A stretch of DNA of 60,974 nucleotides, counting the filler, from Catajapyx aquilonaris (Eukaryota): assembly GCA_000934665.2 (NCBI GenBank). It is 4 parts of 4 records of this genome, joined end to end, with 100 filler letters (N's around TTAATTAATTAA, not from the genome) between each part and the next. Parts side by side here need not be neighbours in the genome. Positions count along the whole stretch, not along the records: positions 15,288 to 30,454 come from JYFJ02007581.1; positions 30,555 to 45,712 come from KZ539708.1; 2 more parts are not named here. One strand, 5' to 3'. The notes beneath the pieces are model-generated. The model had not been told where the DNA came from. It ran no database searches and saw only the letters and a list, made by a program, of their open reading frames with translations. Below are positions 24,847 to 38,263 of this stretch, piece by piece (within the stretch, counting starts at the first letter, position 1; the number at the start of each line of letters is the position of its first letter). The position numbers and the translations under genes were made by a program.

Positions 24847-25657
24847 TTATGCATGGCATTAACACGCCTTAGCACATTCACTAGAGTAATGTCACAATCA
24901 CAGAGTTCTCTTTATCTGGTCAATGGCAGAGTATTGCTGGTGAAGATAGATAACAGTGGACAGATGGAAGACCATGCTGGTCGAGAACGTCACCACTGAG
25001 ATAATTATTGGAACCGTAAGCACTGAAGTAATAATTATCACTATTCAACACGAGATTTGTCCATGGGAATTCATCGCTATTTTCATGTTCCCTTGGTCAC
25101 TCGTAACTCATAATGACCGTTAATTTTGTCAGGGATCTGTTTTTGACCTCGGGGCCGTCAAAAAACCAAAATCCTCAAAATGTAGTGGTCATTCCCAATC
25201 AAGTTGGCCGAAATGTTGCTCGGATTTTAAGTTGATTGTTTCGTTGGGAGCTGAACTGATAGTGTCGTAGTGTTCAGGTGACAGTACGTTCCTCCCTGCG
25301 TTTATTTTTCCTGGTTTGGGGGCTTGCTGTCTCCCGTACCTGGCTGTGACAGGGTCATCGCTTTCAGCAGGAGGGTCAGTGGTATCTGCAAGTCGGAGCT
25401 GTAGTCGAGTTCAGACACCTAATGCCTCGTTTATGGGTATTGTTACCGTATTTTAAATACGTTAGGCGCATTTTTGAGAGAACTTTATTTTTTGTGGCTA
25501 AACGGGACGTTAATCTGGAAAAACACGAGCTAGTCGTCCTGCGTAAAGGTTTGGCCTTTACAATGATACCATACTCGACATGATTGCATTAAATTGTGGA
25601 CATACGGCCACAGAAATGTGCCCGATTATCACGCGATTTCTGCCGCCATGTTATTCA

Positions 25658-27547
25658 GACCCCGGTGATTCTAGCACCACGGTGCTGCACGGAAGTGCAG
25701 GGGTACCAACTTCTGCATTTTACGATTTTCAATTTCTTTATTTTAAATTAATAATTCCGCGTATTACGCTTGTAAACAGTGTTGGGATCACTTGTAGATT
25801 TATTTCAAAATTTTAAGAATGATACATCTTCCGCAAAAAATTAAAGTACACATGAAATTATGCAACATGGACAAAAAAAAAATTCACAGCAAATTCCGCG
25901 CACCAGATATTGTCACTATTGCACAAGGTATGGACAGGTAGTGTCCTCAGGCACCCGGTGTCACCAAAAAATGGAGGGGCAAACGCTTGTGTGTGGCGCC
26001 AAATGAGCGCCAGTCCGCCCCCTCCCACTATGTCATACGTGCACGAGCCTACTGGACGAAAAAAAATCACAGCAAATTCCGCGCACCAGATATTGTCACT
26101 ATTCCACAACGTATGTCCCCATGCAATTGAACTCTTATGGAGCAATCAGTTTTACCAGATTAAATTTAGTTATCGAGATATTAATATTTCCTTTCAAGGG
26201 TACCAAAATCGCAATCACGCGAAGACGCACTTTTTCCTGGTTTTTCCATTGCTTTCAATGAGGATATCTCGGGAACTGTTTTGAGAACCAACATGAAATT
26301 TTTAAGTCATGCTTTTGGAATAACACACTGTCATTTAATGCATAAATTTACCTCATTTAATGGTACAGCCCCCTGCAAAAAAAATCAGCAATCTTGCATA
26401 TTTTGGTCAAAATGCGCATATTTCGCAATTTATTACGCCGTTATGGTAAACGTGACGGTTGTGCTGATTGTATTTTATGATATACTCGGCGACCCCCTCA
26501 AGGTTATAAAGTAAAACCTTCATTAGCTCCGCGTGTAGTTAAGATATGAGAGGTGAAAATATAGAAACAAGCGCCGGCGGAAAACATGCATATTTCAAAA
26601 ATTATTTTATCAAAAAAGCCATTTTGAATTTTTTATTTTTATTTTTTATTTTACAATGACGGACATGTTATAAAATTAACTAGTGTCAGAACCCGGTATA
26701 TATTTCTTAAACGTGAGATATAAATTTTTGAAAAGTGAAAACTTTCGAAATTGTGCTACAATATGCACACTTAAAATAAATATTTTCTCGAAGAAGTAAT
26801 TTTGAAAATTTAATCGTAATTTTTTGTGTAACAAAGTAGCATGAGGTCGATTATAAAATTATATCAAAATTCGTAATAAATTGCATGAGTTTAAAATTTC
26901 ATGTTGGTTCTCAGAACAGTTCCCGAGATATCCTCATTGAAAGCAATGGAAAAACCGGGAAAAAGTGCGTCTTCGCGTGATTGCGATTTTGGTACCCTTG
27001 AAAGGAAATATTAATATCTCGATAACTAAATTTAATCTGGTAAAACTGATTGCTCCATAAAAGTTCAATTGCATGGGGACACCACCTGTCCATACGTTGT
27101 GGAATAGTGACAATATCTGGTGCGCGGAATTTGCTGTGATTTTTTTTCGTCCAGTAGGCTCGTGCACGTATGACATAGTGGGAGGGGGCGGACTGGCGCT
27201 CATTTGGCGCCACACACAAGCGTTTGCCCCTCCATTTTTTGGTGACACCGGGTGCCTGAGGACACTACCTGTCCATACCTTGTGCAATAGTGACAATATC
27301 TGGTGCGCGGAATTTGCTGTGAATTTTTTTTTGTATATGTTGCATAATTTCATGTGTACTTTAATTTTTTGCGGAAGATGTATCATTCTTAAAATTTTGA
27401 AATAAATCTACAAGTGATCCCAACACTGTTTACAAGCGTAATACGCGGAATTATTAATTTAAAATAAAAAAATTGAAAATCGTAAAATGCAGAAGTTGGT
27501 ACCCCTGCACTTCCGTGCAGCACCATGGTGCTAGAATCACCGGGGTG
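25658..27547. mobile_element. Foldback element with ~650-bp TIRs and TSD
   Basis: (G/C)ACCCCGGTGATTCTAGCACCA termini; TTATTCA direct repeat on both flanks; arms near-identical; same family as 1-3630. Confidence 0.88.
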
Positions 27548-27813
27548 TTATTCAAATGGACTGTTCGAAAGCATCGTTTTCCACTCACTTCAACTCGTCC
27601 TAAATGTCACTTTTAGGCCGAAAATGGGAAAAAGACGACGAACTAAGGGCCCTGCGCCAGATCATCTGCTATTATTTGATGAAATTTCTATGTCGATTGA
27701 ACCAGATTTGCTGCCGTATGACCGCAGAAAATGTTGACATGTCGAATCCCCATAATTATGCTGCCCATGCATAAGCGAGTTTGTGGGGTCGTCGCCAAGG
27801 ACTCCGCACTATA

Positions 27814-28338
27814 CAGGGTGATCCAACTCTGTGGCACCAACAGTTATTGGAAAAATCAACAAGCTGCTTGTTGCTAAGAGATCAATAAGAGTTACTTTCT
27901 GGAGAATCGGGAATAGCACCTGCTGATATTAGGTCCAATGCCCATGTAACAATATTAATGAGGGAAAAAAGGGTTCTCCGTGGGAAACAGGCTGTTCTGG
28001 TGTTCGCTGGAGGGTTTCACATGAGGTCACTAGCTGCCAAACCAAAGGTCTAATCCGTCGGAACTGGACAGACCCGGGTGTGTCAATAAATAGGCCTTCT
28101 GGTCTGTTCATTGTTGGCCGCAGTTGGCAAAACTGAGACAGGTCAACAGGCAGCGTTGTTTAGTTACCAGCAAATAAAATATTATTGTTACATGGGCATT
28201 GGACCTAATATCAGCAGGTGCTATTCCCGATTCTCCAGAAAGAGCCAGAAAGCATCTCTTAGCAACGACTTGCTTATAAACAAGCAGCTTGCGCGATTTT
28301 TTCAATAACTACTGGTGCCATAGAGTTGGATCACCCTG
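27814..28338. mobile_element. Palindromic MITE with CAGGGTG termini
   Basis: cagggtgatccaactctgtggcacc...ggtgccatagagttggatcaccctg; flanks TATA / TATG. Confidence 0.85.
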
Positions 28339-28396
28339 TATGATGATTGCTATAAGCCTAATATGAATTGCTGGTTATATGATTATCCATGACCTG

Positions 28397-29253
28397 AAAA
28401 ACTAACTGAAATAAGATCAAAAACTTTTCCTTCAGTGAAGAAAAAGGGTAGTAGACCTCCGTGGCGGAATGAAAGTGCTGAAACAAGGCAGGCCCACGTA
28501 AGACCTTCGCCAATGGATTTAAGGTGTAGGCTACCATAGGTCTTACTCAAGCAATTCTGAAGTACGGTACTGTCTGGAACGGCTCATAAAAATGACTTCT
28601 GCAAACTACTCAGAGCAGTAGGCCGGGTTTTATTTTGGATTTTTTTTTGTTTCAAAAAGAAAATCCTCACAGACTTTGAAATTTTCGCTCCTGAAAATGC
28701 AGAATCCAATCGAAAAAAAAACAACATTTAGTTAAAATCAGCATCTAAGGCCCGATTTCTCGAACAGTGGTTCAAATGCAAACCCGGTTCAAGTCCGGTT
28801 TAAACCCAGTTCAGAGACTCTGAACGGACAGAAATTCAATATGCTTAACATTGAAGTCCCTAATGTCAGAAAACACTTACATGGAGTGGGCTCATGGAAA
28901 ATTCATTGATGGAATTTTCGTCGTACTACTGTACTAGTAACTATAGTTACTTCTAACTTAGCCGTACAAATGTAGTGCTATATATTGTACTGCTAAGTTA
29001 CAAGTAACTACGTATAGTAACGTATAGTAACATCGTATAGTAGTACGACGTAAACTCCACCCATTGTTTTCAGAAAGAAGACTTCATGAGCTGTAAATTG
29101 GAAATTCCTTGAGTAAGACCTGTGGTACAGCTTAAATCAATTGGTGAAGGTCTCACGTGCGCCTGCCTTGTTTCAGTACCTTTATTCCGCCACGGAGGTC
29201 TTACTACCCTTTTTTTCACCGAAGGAAAAGTTTTTGGTCTTATTTTTTTCGGT
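28397..29253. mobile_element. Degenerate long-TIR element
   Basis: 28397-28550 pairs imperfectly with 29105-29253. Contains a half copy of the PIF-like MITE of 46495-46641 (~28750-28810). Confidence 0.65.
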
Positions 29254-29614
29254 TAGTGGAAGTCGTCAAACCTGATCAACATATAGGCTGAATCGAATTA
29301 AATAGAAACACCAGGGGAATGCGCCTATGGTATTTGTTTTCCTCTGAAATACAACCAGAAAAACGTGTGAGGCATTCCATCGGTCACATGTCCAAGAATT
29401 TGGTTCCTTAAAAATTAATAGTACCGGTATATCTGCAAAACATAATATCTATTATTTTCTCGCGAGCCATGCATGATCCAGGCTTGAAACGAAACATTAA
29501 ATATTGTCTCTGTCACAACTCATGTCATATTGGATGATCTTACTCAAATACATCACTAATAAATATTGTTGGGGTCTAAATACTTGGACATGTGACTGAG
29601 CATGTGACAGATAG

Positions 29615-29878
29615 TAATATGTGCTTAATGTCACTAGGACAATGTGTGTCCAGTAAATCTGTTATAAAATCATTCACTGTCATGTGCAAGTAGGTATTAT
29701 AGTCCTGGCTGCACAACTACTTTTGGATTTTGATTTTGAAAGGAAACGACACAGGATTGCCAAGAAAAGCAATCGTAACTCTTTCCACAAGAGAAATGAT
29801 TAGCCTTCGTACACGGGAATCGAACCCAGAACCTCTGAGGCGGAAGGCTGTTGCTCTAACCAATGCACTGCACCACAC
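29615..29878 (-). mobile_element. tRNA-derived SINE (degenerate)
   Basis: tRNA-like head on the minus strand (29802-29878, ggttcgattccc); body similar to a headless copy at ~21020-21210. Confidence 0.65.
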
Positions 29879-30454
29879 ATTTTCTGAACCTACAATAATT
29901 ACATGTGCAATAAATGAATAAAATGTTAAGCCAAAATTACCGACAATGATAATATTATGTATTGAAGGGACCATTTTCAAACATCATTCGCCATTTTCAT
30001 TCCGTTAGCTCTGCTGTGCTGCCATTCCCGGCCGGTATAATGGCCAGTACAAACGGACAATGTGCTTTTCCAGTGGAGTAAATGGTAAATAAATTATGAT
30101 ATTATGAACAGTACATTAAGTTTCAGGTGCAATACTACTAGGCTACGTAGTTTATGCACACATGCCATAAGTGGAACATATTAAGCATAGGCACTACAAA
30201 TTACGTCAAGGACCTGGAGGCAACATTCGAAACAGGAGGGACAGGCAGAGGACCATAAATAAAATAAGTGTAAAAATGGTATTTGCAAAGAAGTGCACCC
30301 GAAAATGGTGGGTGTACTTGAATCGAGCGCATTTGCGTGTATACATGCACAACCATCCAGACCGATCCAGACTGTGATCAGCCCACGGACAGTTATACTA
30401 CGTTCTGGCGTTATCACCTGCCGAGGCATTTTGCAGCGATTTCTCACCTGAGAC

Positions 30455-30554
30455 NNNNNNNNNNNNNNNNNNNNNNNNNNNNNNNNNNNNNNNNNNNNTT
30501 AATTAATTAANNNNNNNNNNNNNNNNNNNNNNNNNNNNNNNNNNNNNNNNNNNN
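30455..30554. other. Artificial 100-nt assembly spacer
   Basis: N-run with central TTAATTAATTAA. Confidence 0.95.
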
Positions 30555-31118
30555 GGGAGAAGTACGAGCAAGGGGTGTTTAGGGACTATCAGATGCAAAA
30601 TGTCCAATACGGAATACGGAAGAACACCGACGATATACAAGGAGCCCCGAGTTCACACCCAAACTGAGAGAGAGACTCTCTTTCAAGTAGCCTATTTCCT
30701 TTATTTTTCCACAAAAACTGCTGGGCCCCTTTTAACGGGATTCGTGATGATTTTATAGCATGTACTGCCTTCCTTCCTATCCAAGCTTCGCGGCATCCCT
30801 GCCTACAGAAGCAGCCGACGCGACGCCCGGCGGTATAGCTTCAGCTAAAATAAAGAGTCCCGTTTCAAACCCTCGGCTCGCCCCCTCTCTCCTATAGTAG
30901 GCCTGTCGCTAATGGTGCATTCACAAATCCGGTTGAGTCGATTTTTCTTCTTCAAATTTTTAGTTTTAGAAGATAAAGAAAATGGGGGTTAATTAATGTA
31001 TGTGACCATTTCAAACTGCGGGGGCAAATGGTAACCATTGCCCCCCCACTCAAAAAGTAGTGGGGGCGACCGCCCCCATCGCCCCCATGGTTCCGACGTC
31101 CCTGGTGACAGTATTTAC

Positions 31119-32384
31119 CGAAAGGCCGTTCAGCGACTCAATCATTGTCCTTATAGACCAAGCCAAAGACATGGTATTTTGCACGAAAGACATCTGCTCG
31201 ATCTTCTGGTCAAGCCGGGCAGTCTTGGCCTTGTGCCACGTGGAATCCCTCACTGCCTTGTAAATTTCACAAAACTTCTCGTGCAATTTCGAAGTCTCAC
31301 GGGAGACGTACCGGCACTGCTTCAGATATTCACTTACAGACGTGTAGACGATGCTGTAGTCGTGGCTCAGAATGGACGAAGAAATTTCACGAAGAAGGCG
31401 CAAAATGTGTTGGGTGCTTCTCAAATCAACCTCGAAGCACTGTAGAAATGTGCAACAATCACATGCTTGTATAATACCATGCACTAATGGCAACGTTTCA
31501 TTATATGAAATGATGCAAGTTGTAGTAGACTAATAATGAAATGTTGCAAGTTGTAGTAGACTAATAATGAAATGTCACAGTTGTAATTAGTGCAACTCGA
31601 GAGGACCTGTCCGTCAAGGTTTTGCTCATTCACACAAAGTGATGTTCCGAGATGCAGGAGTATTTCTCGAAGCTGGATGAGAATCAGGCGTCGGATTTGT
31701 TCATTTTCCTCCTCTTCGATCAGTGCGTTCAGTGCTTCGCATATGTCATGGCAGAAGAGAGTGCTTAGATCCTGCTTGGTATTAATGCCATTTTACTCAC
31801 AGTGTTTAAACAGAAATCATGGTTGAAAAGGTGTGACATATACCTGAAGATATAGTTCGTATTGTGAGAACGAATCCATGACGCATGCCAATTGCTGTTC
31901 TATTCCAAACTTTAGGGCACCCTGTTCTTTGATCAGTGGTTGCAATAGGTGATCAGCATCACCAACTATCTGAAAAGTTATCAAAGAAACATTAGAAGCA
32001 GTGCCACCAGTTGGAATCTTCAATATCCTGATATGCATATGAGAACAACTTACCATTTTGGGTAATGTATTCTGAATTTTTGGGAAGCTTTCATACTGCA
32101 CATTTAAGCAGGCCTGCAAGCGTTGCAAGATTTGCGAATGAAATTCAATGACTGCCTGGAACTGGTGATCATTCTGGATATCAGTCAAGGGGCACAATTC
32201 ATGGGACTTTCTGACCAAGTTCTGCAACATCATCTGCAATGAACAACAAAAATTCCTCTAATTTACAGTCACCGCAACATTCATTTCCCTCTGAGATTGT
32301 GTAGGAGAGACTTACAGGAACATCTTCCAGAAGATGGACAGCTTCCCGCAGAGGTGGCGAATAGTTCTCAATATTCTGATCCAT
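31119..32384 (-). CDS. Unrecognised helical protein family, paralogue A (last exon not located)
   Basis: Exons read MDQNIENYSPPLREAVHLLEDVP | MMLQNLVRKSHEL..PKM | IVGDAD..YELYLQ | ..EEENEQIRRLILIQLREILLHL..DGQ | CFEVDLRS..SLNGLS, joined by phase-0 GT-AG introns; similar to paralogues B and C. Confidence 0.72.
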
Positions 32385-33109
32385 TTAGAGCCAGTCTCTA
32401 CCTGCCTTGTGATTTTCTACTGTCCAACCTACCTATGTGATGCAATGTTATCGATGGGACGCTCGACGTTCTGTCCAATTAAACTGCTAACAACTAACAT
32501 CAGTAAGCCTCGAGGAGGTAACCGTGGATATCATGATGAACAAACAAAAGCAAAGAGGGCTACATATACGGCTCGTATCCTGGGTTGATGGACAGTAAAT
32601 CCAAAGCAAGTGGTTGATCCTTGTTATTAGTTGAAGAGTGGAAAAAATGATAAAGGGGGTAAGTGCAAAAAAAAATTGAGATTATGTACTAAAAAAGCTA
32701 TATGGGCCAAGACCAATACTAATACGAAACCTCCAAATGCCCCCAGACGGGTCATTTGATAGCCGTAAATCCCCAAAGACAGCCTTTTCAGTGCTCTAAA
32801 GTCTAGATACCGGTACCTTTCCCCACATCTACACCCATGCAGTGTATAAATGTGGGGAAAGGTACCGGTATCTATACAATGTTCCACTACTTCCAGCAGC
32901 ACCTATTGTTGGAAGTGTTGAATAAAATGCAATACTAATTTTCACCTTTTTTATTAAGCACGTCGTGCTTGCTATAAATTAAGCCGTTCAATGGAGAAAT
33001 TGAGATCGAATATAAAAAAAAGTTTTTTGTCCGTTATGTGTATAAAAAAGACATATTATAAAGAAATGTGCATTCGATCCCATTATTTAAATACTCTTCA
33101 TTGAACGAC

Positions 33110-34741
33110 TTATCCTTCTTCAGTCGTGCCTTTGTCCTGCAAACGCCTCTTCTTCGCCTGAACTGGGCAATCATCGTTCACCGGTTCTATCTGCGCCTGA
33201 GGTTTCGAGATGTATCAGTGAGCAAAGTATTTTAAAGTCATAGCAATATATTACACCACAGTGACAGATATTTACCCCTAATCCCATCAGCGAGTCAATC
33301 AGCATTCTCATGAAGTCGATCGTACCCATTGTATCGTCCAGGTACACCAGACACTCGGTTTTCTTACAGATTATCCACGTAGCTCTGGTTTTGTTCCACC
33401 TCAGTTCTCGCACATCTTTGTAAGAGCTCCAGAACATCTCGTGCCATTTCGCAGTCTCTTCGGAAACGTACTGCTTCAGGTCGTCACGTGCAGAAGCGTA
33501 GGCGATGCTGTAGTCGTGCTTCAGAATGGAGGTCGAAATCATACTCCACAGTTGGAAAACGTGTTCGGACGTTCTCAGGTCAGCCTCGTTTTGCTGTAAG
33601 TATGTGAAACAAACGCCTTCATTTTATATTGAATTAAGGGTGGGTTCCACCAGCACCAGAATTTATCTTCACCATTGGTACAGTATAACATTCATGTTCA
33701 TCGAGTGTACCTGGTCATGCAAATCCTGATTCTCCTTCCAGAATGATATGGAGAGATGTAGGAATATTTCTCGAAGCTCGTTGAGAAACTGGATTCTGAT
33801 TTCTTTATTTTCCTCTTCCATAATGTATGATTCCATTGCACAGCACAACTCGCCTGCGAAAGTGTAGCCGATTGCCTGCAACGTATTTCATTCCATTCGG
33901 CTTATTTGAAATATGCAGAATTTATGCAGTAGATGAAGTTGAAGCTAACAATATTGTTCGTTACCTGAAGATATAGCTCGTAAGGACCCTTTTTTGAAGG
34001 TGTGGCTTGCCACTGTTGCACGATATAGGCCGATAGGACCTCCTGACTTCTTGAGAGAGCATTTGTGAAACTAGTGATGTCTCGAAGAATCTGTGTGGAT
34101 TTCAAATTAATCAAAGTTGTTGACAGGATATTCCAGCTGCTAGTTTTGAACAGCATGTGAGGCTATAGATTGGATCAATGTATATGTAAAGTTCCCTTTG
34201 TTGTTGCCCTGCATTTAATTGCTATCACACAATCAACAAAAATTAAGTACAGGCTGTCAAATTTTGCAGACATGGATAAAATCCACAGCCTATATAAGTC
34301 GAAAAACACGTCCAAAGTTTTTTTAAAAGTTAGTGTTTATAAAATGAGAATGTTAAACTTTTTAAAAACCACCATCTATTCATGCTGATGCTGATACGCT
34401 CAAAAATGTACCTTTGGGGATGTTGACGCCATAAATTTTGCAGCGCTCTTCTTCTCGAAATTGATGCAAACTTGCAAGAGTGTTAATATGCATGAATGCT
34501 CCTCGTAGATTTCCTGTGTCACCTGGTTTTCCTCGATTTCAGTCAAAAGTCTATGTCCGTTGACCTTTTCTTTCAAGTGCTGCAACGCCTCCTGCAATGA
34601 TTGCTCCCCGTGCTCTTATTTCGGATTTATACGAGTTTACCATTTCTGGTAGACAGATAGATGACTTACATAAACGTAGTCTAGGAGATCACTCGCTTCC
34701 TTCAGCGGTGCCAAATAATTGCCTGAGCTGCCCCGGTCCAT
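33110..34741 (-). CDS. Unrecognised helical protein family, paralogue B (6 exons)
   Basis: MDRGSSGNYLAPLKEASDLLDYVY | EALQHLKEK..SPK | ILRDITS..YELYLQ | AIGYTF..EEENKEIRIQFLNELREIFLHL..HDQ | QNEADLR..LKQYVSEET..MGLG | ..NDDCPVQAKKRRLQDKGTTEEG*; all introns phase-0 GT-AG. Confidence 0.78.
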
Positions 34742-35395
34742 TTCAAGCTCATCAAAACTGCCTTAACTTACCGTATGACACAGATTTGTATGTGGAAAGC
34801 AAAACTTTTTCTGTCTGAACCCCCCCAGCAAGTGATGGCTGACAATGAGCCTGTAACCTTAGAGCTGAAGGTAAATAACCAGTGTATACTTTTCCTCGCT
34901 CGATTCAGTTTAGGCTACTAATTAATGCAAGAAATATGGAGCAATTAAACAACATTAAAGTGTCATCAATTTAATTTCGTAGCGTAAATAAAACATACTG
35001 TAATGTTGCTGCAGTAGCCTACTGCAGTACAAGTACTGGTAGTATTTTCGATTTTCATATTTCAGGCTGATAAATAAGTTGAAGAACATTATGCTTCATG
35101 TTTTCACCTACTATGTGGAGAAGCACTGATTGTGTGTACTGTACAATATTTGCATTTAAAATTAGTTAATGTCAGCGCTGAACTTGTTGAATTAATGTAT
35201 AGTTCATTCTCAACATTTTTTAATTAAGCATGTTACAAGGCACTGTCGTACTTGCTGTAATTCAACTTGTTCAACAAAATTAAATGCAGATCGAACACAC
35301 TGCATTAAAAATTTAAAGCAAAAAATCAAATGGAAATTATACACAACATGCAGTCCCTCCCATTATTGCCAGTTGGCTCGTCTTCTTGAAACTGC

Positions 35396-36743
35396 CTACA
35401 TGCGCCTCATCTTGGCCGGAACTGGGCAATGGTCCTCCTCCGGGCTCATCTGCATATGAGGTGATCCAATTTTGGCACAGATCATTACACCCTAAGAAAA
35501 TTAAACTGTCAATATTTACCATAAAGCTTTTCGCCGAATCAGTCATTGTCTGCAAGGCGTTGATCAATCTATGAGTGTTTTCCGCCGAAAACATGTGCTT
35601 GACTTTCCGGTGACGGAAGAAAGTTTTGGCTTTGTTCCAAGGAGAATCCCTCACTTCCTTGTAGACGTTCCAAAACTTCTCGTGCAATTCCACTGTCTCT
35701 TGGGACACATACTGCTTCAGATCTTCGCATGCAGAAGCATAGGCGATGCTGCAGTCGTTGTTCAGAATGAACTTAGAAATTGTAACCAGCAGATTGTACA
35801 TGTCTCGGAGACATCTCAAGTCAGTGTTGGCGAATCTCGCATACATTTCCTGAAAAATGTATGAATAAGTGCGTGTTTCAGCTGGATGTACCAGGGATGA
35901 GTAATCAATATTGTGATTGTGCTTATGCCACAGTACCTGGTCATGATGGATCGTCTGATCAATCCTAGCCAGATGTCTAAGAACTTCTTGGAGTTCGGTG
36001 AAAAACTGACGTCGAATATGATCAGTTTCCTCACTCAGCAGAAGGAAACTGTCTGTCATCACGCTGATTTTCTTGCCCACCTCTGGGTACTTCCTCTGAG
36101 TAACATTATAATGTGGTTTACTCGCTTAACTTTAAACAGAATTCATACTTGATAAGTTAATAATACTTTTAGTACCAGTATGTCATCGTTCATCTTCAAA
36201 TCAAGGAGGGAATTCATCTCCTTCCCGACACCCGCGTATATCGCAGCCAGTTCTTCGAACAGAGAGTTTATGTACGAATTATTCCAGTACTGAGAACCCT
36301 AAAAGGTGATTAGTGACTATTTAGGGACATGTGAGGTTAAATAATGGTGAGCTTTTCGCCGATGTAAAATACCAGTAACCCTTTTTAAAAACAATCATAA
36401 AGAATATAAGGTACCCTTCGATGTGTGGAATCCATCATTCTCACGAGTATCCGGTTCATCATCTCTTCACACTCACCAATCCGGTTCAAAATTAGTGAAT
36501 GCTCATTAGTGACATCCATCAGCAGTTGTTCTTCCTGGCTATCAACCAAGGAGCCCAATTCTCTGGCCTTATTTACCATGTTCTCCAGCAGCATCTGCAA
36601 CGAACATAGTTTCGAACATGTGGACGTTCCATTTTCGGGTCAATGACCTGACCCAACCTGACCTATCTTACATTCACTTCGTCCAGACGACCTCTGGTGT
36701 CCCGAAGAAGTGTCCAAATGTCGCCAGCTCCATCCCGGGCCAT
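35396..36743 (-). CDS. Unrecognised helical protein family, paralogue C (6 exons)
   Basis: MARDGAGDIWTLLRDTRGRLDEVN | MLLENMVNKAREL..HRR | GSQYWNN..DDIL | RKYPE..EETDHIRRQFFTELQEVLRHL..HDQ | EMYARFANTDLR..LKQYVSQET..KSFM | MSPEEDHCPVPAKMRRM*; all introns phase-0 GT-AG. Confidence 0.75.
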
Positions 36744-38263
36744 TTCGAGCTCCCCTATAGAACTGTCTTAACCCCCTCCTGTTGAGACAGAGTGGACGAA
36801 GGAACCACGAATGCAAGAAAATGTTCCTTCTGACTCTCAGCAGGTGATGCTTGACAAATGAGCATCGAACTGATGTTGGCAACATTGTTTGACAATTAAA
36901 CAAGTCAGTGTAGCCAGACTCGAATGTAAATTGTGTGCACATTCAACATGCAATTATTCTGATTCTATAAAATAATGTCGGTAGGCTAACTTCAAAAATT
37001 ACAATAAATGCACAATATGGACTTATGTGTAGTAACGTGCATTGAATAAATGGCACATAGTTTTACAAAAAAGTTTTCACCCGCCATTATTTATGCCAAG
37101 TATCAAAATGAAATATGCATTTTTGTACGTAAATTTATACGGCAGAAAATTAAATTTTACAATTTCTATTTATTTCTCGAATGGCGTGGCTGGTTGTACA
37201 AACATGAGTTTAATAAGATTAACCACAAAGTTAGTCAATATGAAAATAATAGCTAACGGTGTAGTTAAGGTTTGTTCATGCAACAGCCCTAAATCTTAAA
37301 ATGACAGAACCAGCCAGCTCTCAGCATACTCTCCACTTACCTCATAAAACAGTGGGAACAGAATGAGACCTGGTGCTTCTGACTCTTGGACATTGTTTCA
37401 CTGGACTAGAAATCTTCTCCAAAATTAGGCCACCTGTAAATACCTGTCAGGATTCATGTGCTAGAGAAAAAGGACTGAATTCTAAATGTGAAAATTATTT
37501 TCTTTTCTCTTTGGGGTTTACTTGTGTCTCCTCCGTATTGCATGGAAAATGTCGTTATGACTGATGACGACAGCGGTTTAATCTGTACTAACCAAGTGGA
37601 AATAATGGCAAACTATTATTATAGAGAAAGTTGTGGTTCTAGTAAAAGTACCCTGGAATAATGATACAGGCATAAGCATTAACTTTTTCTGTCACTTGTC
37701 CTTCCAGGAAAAACTCTTTTGAGCAAGGTCTCCATGTCCTGGAGGAAGTGGTTCACTCATCAAGCCTCTTCAAATACAATCTGTACATGTGGTTTTTAAA
37801 AAGTCATTCAAAATTACTACACATAGTTTGAAAGTCTAAGGTCATTTTCTGAATGCTTCATTCTACAAGTTTTCCATTTGTAGGTAATGCACACTGGAAT
37901 GACTTCAATTCCTTGTCCAACCAGGGCAGTTTAGCAATATGCCAGTTTCACAGTAATTATGTATAATTATAATTATGCAGTTACATAGTTGCTGCAACTA
38001 AAGGGCACTGGCCTCATAATGTCACCATCTCTCTCTCTGATTACAGAAACTACATGCATGTTTGTATTGGTGTGTCTACAGTAAAATGAGTCTCAAGGAG
38101 ACACCAGTATTGCAGGGGAGATGATTGTGTCAGTCACAGGGTAAGGAAGGAAACACATGGATGGAATCAGCAAATTTTTAGTCATATGTTAACTTGGATT
38201 TTTATTTGACTAAACCATCTGCATCGGCGTGGCAACAGATATTTACATACCATGCATTTTGCA

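Noticed and set aside
25858..27405. Mirror-image ORF pairs on both strands
   Set aside because: A by-product of the foldback's inverted arms.
35337..36080. 247-aa single ORF
   Set aside because: It runs through two introns of paralogue C, judged by alignment with A and B.
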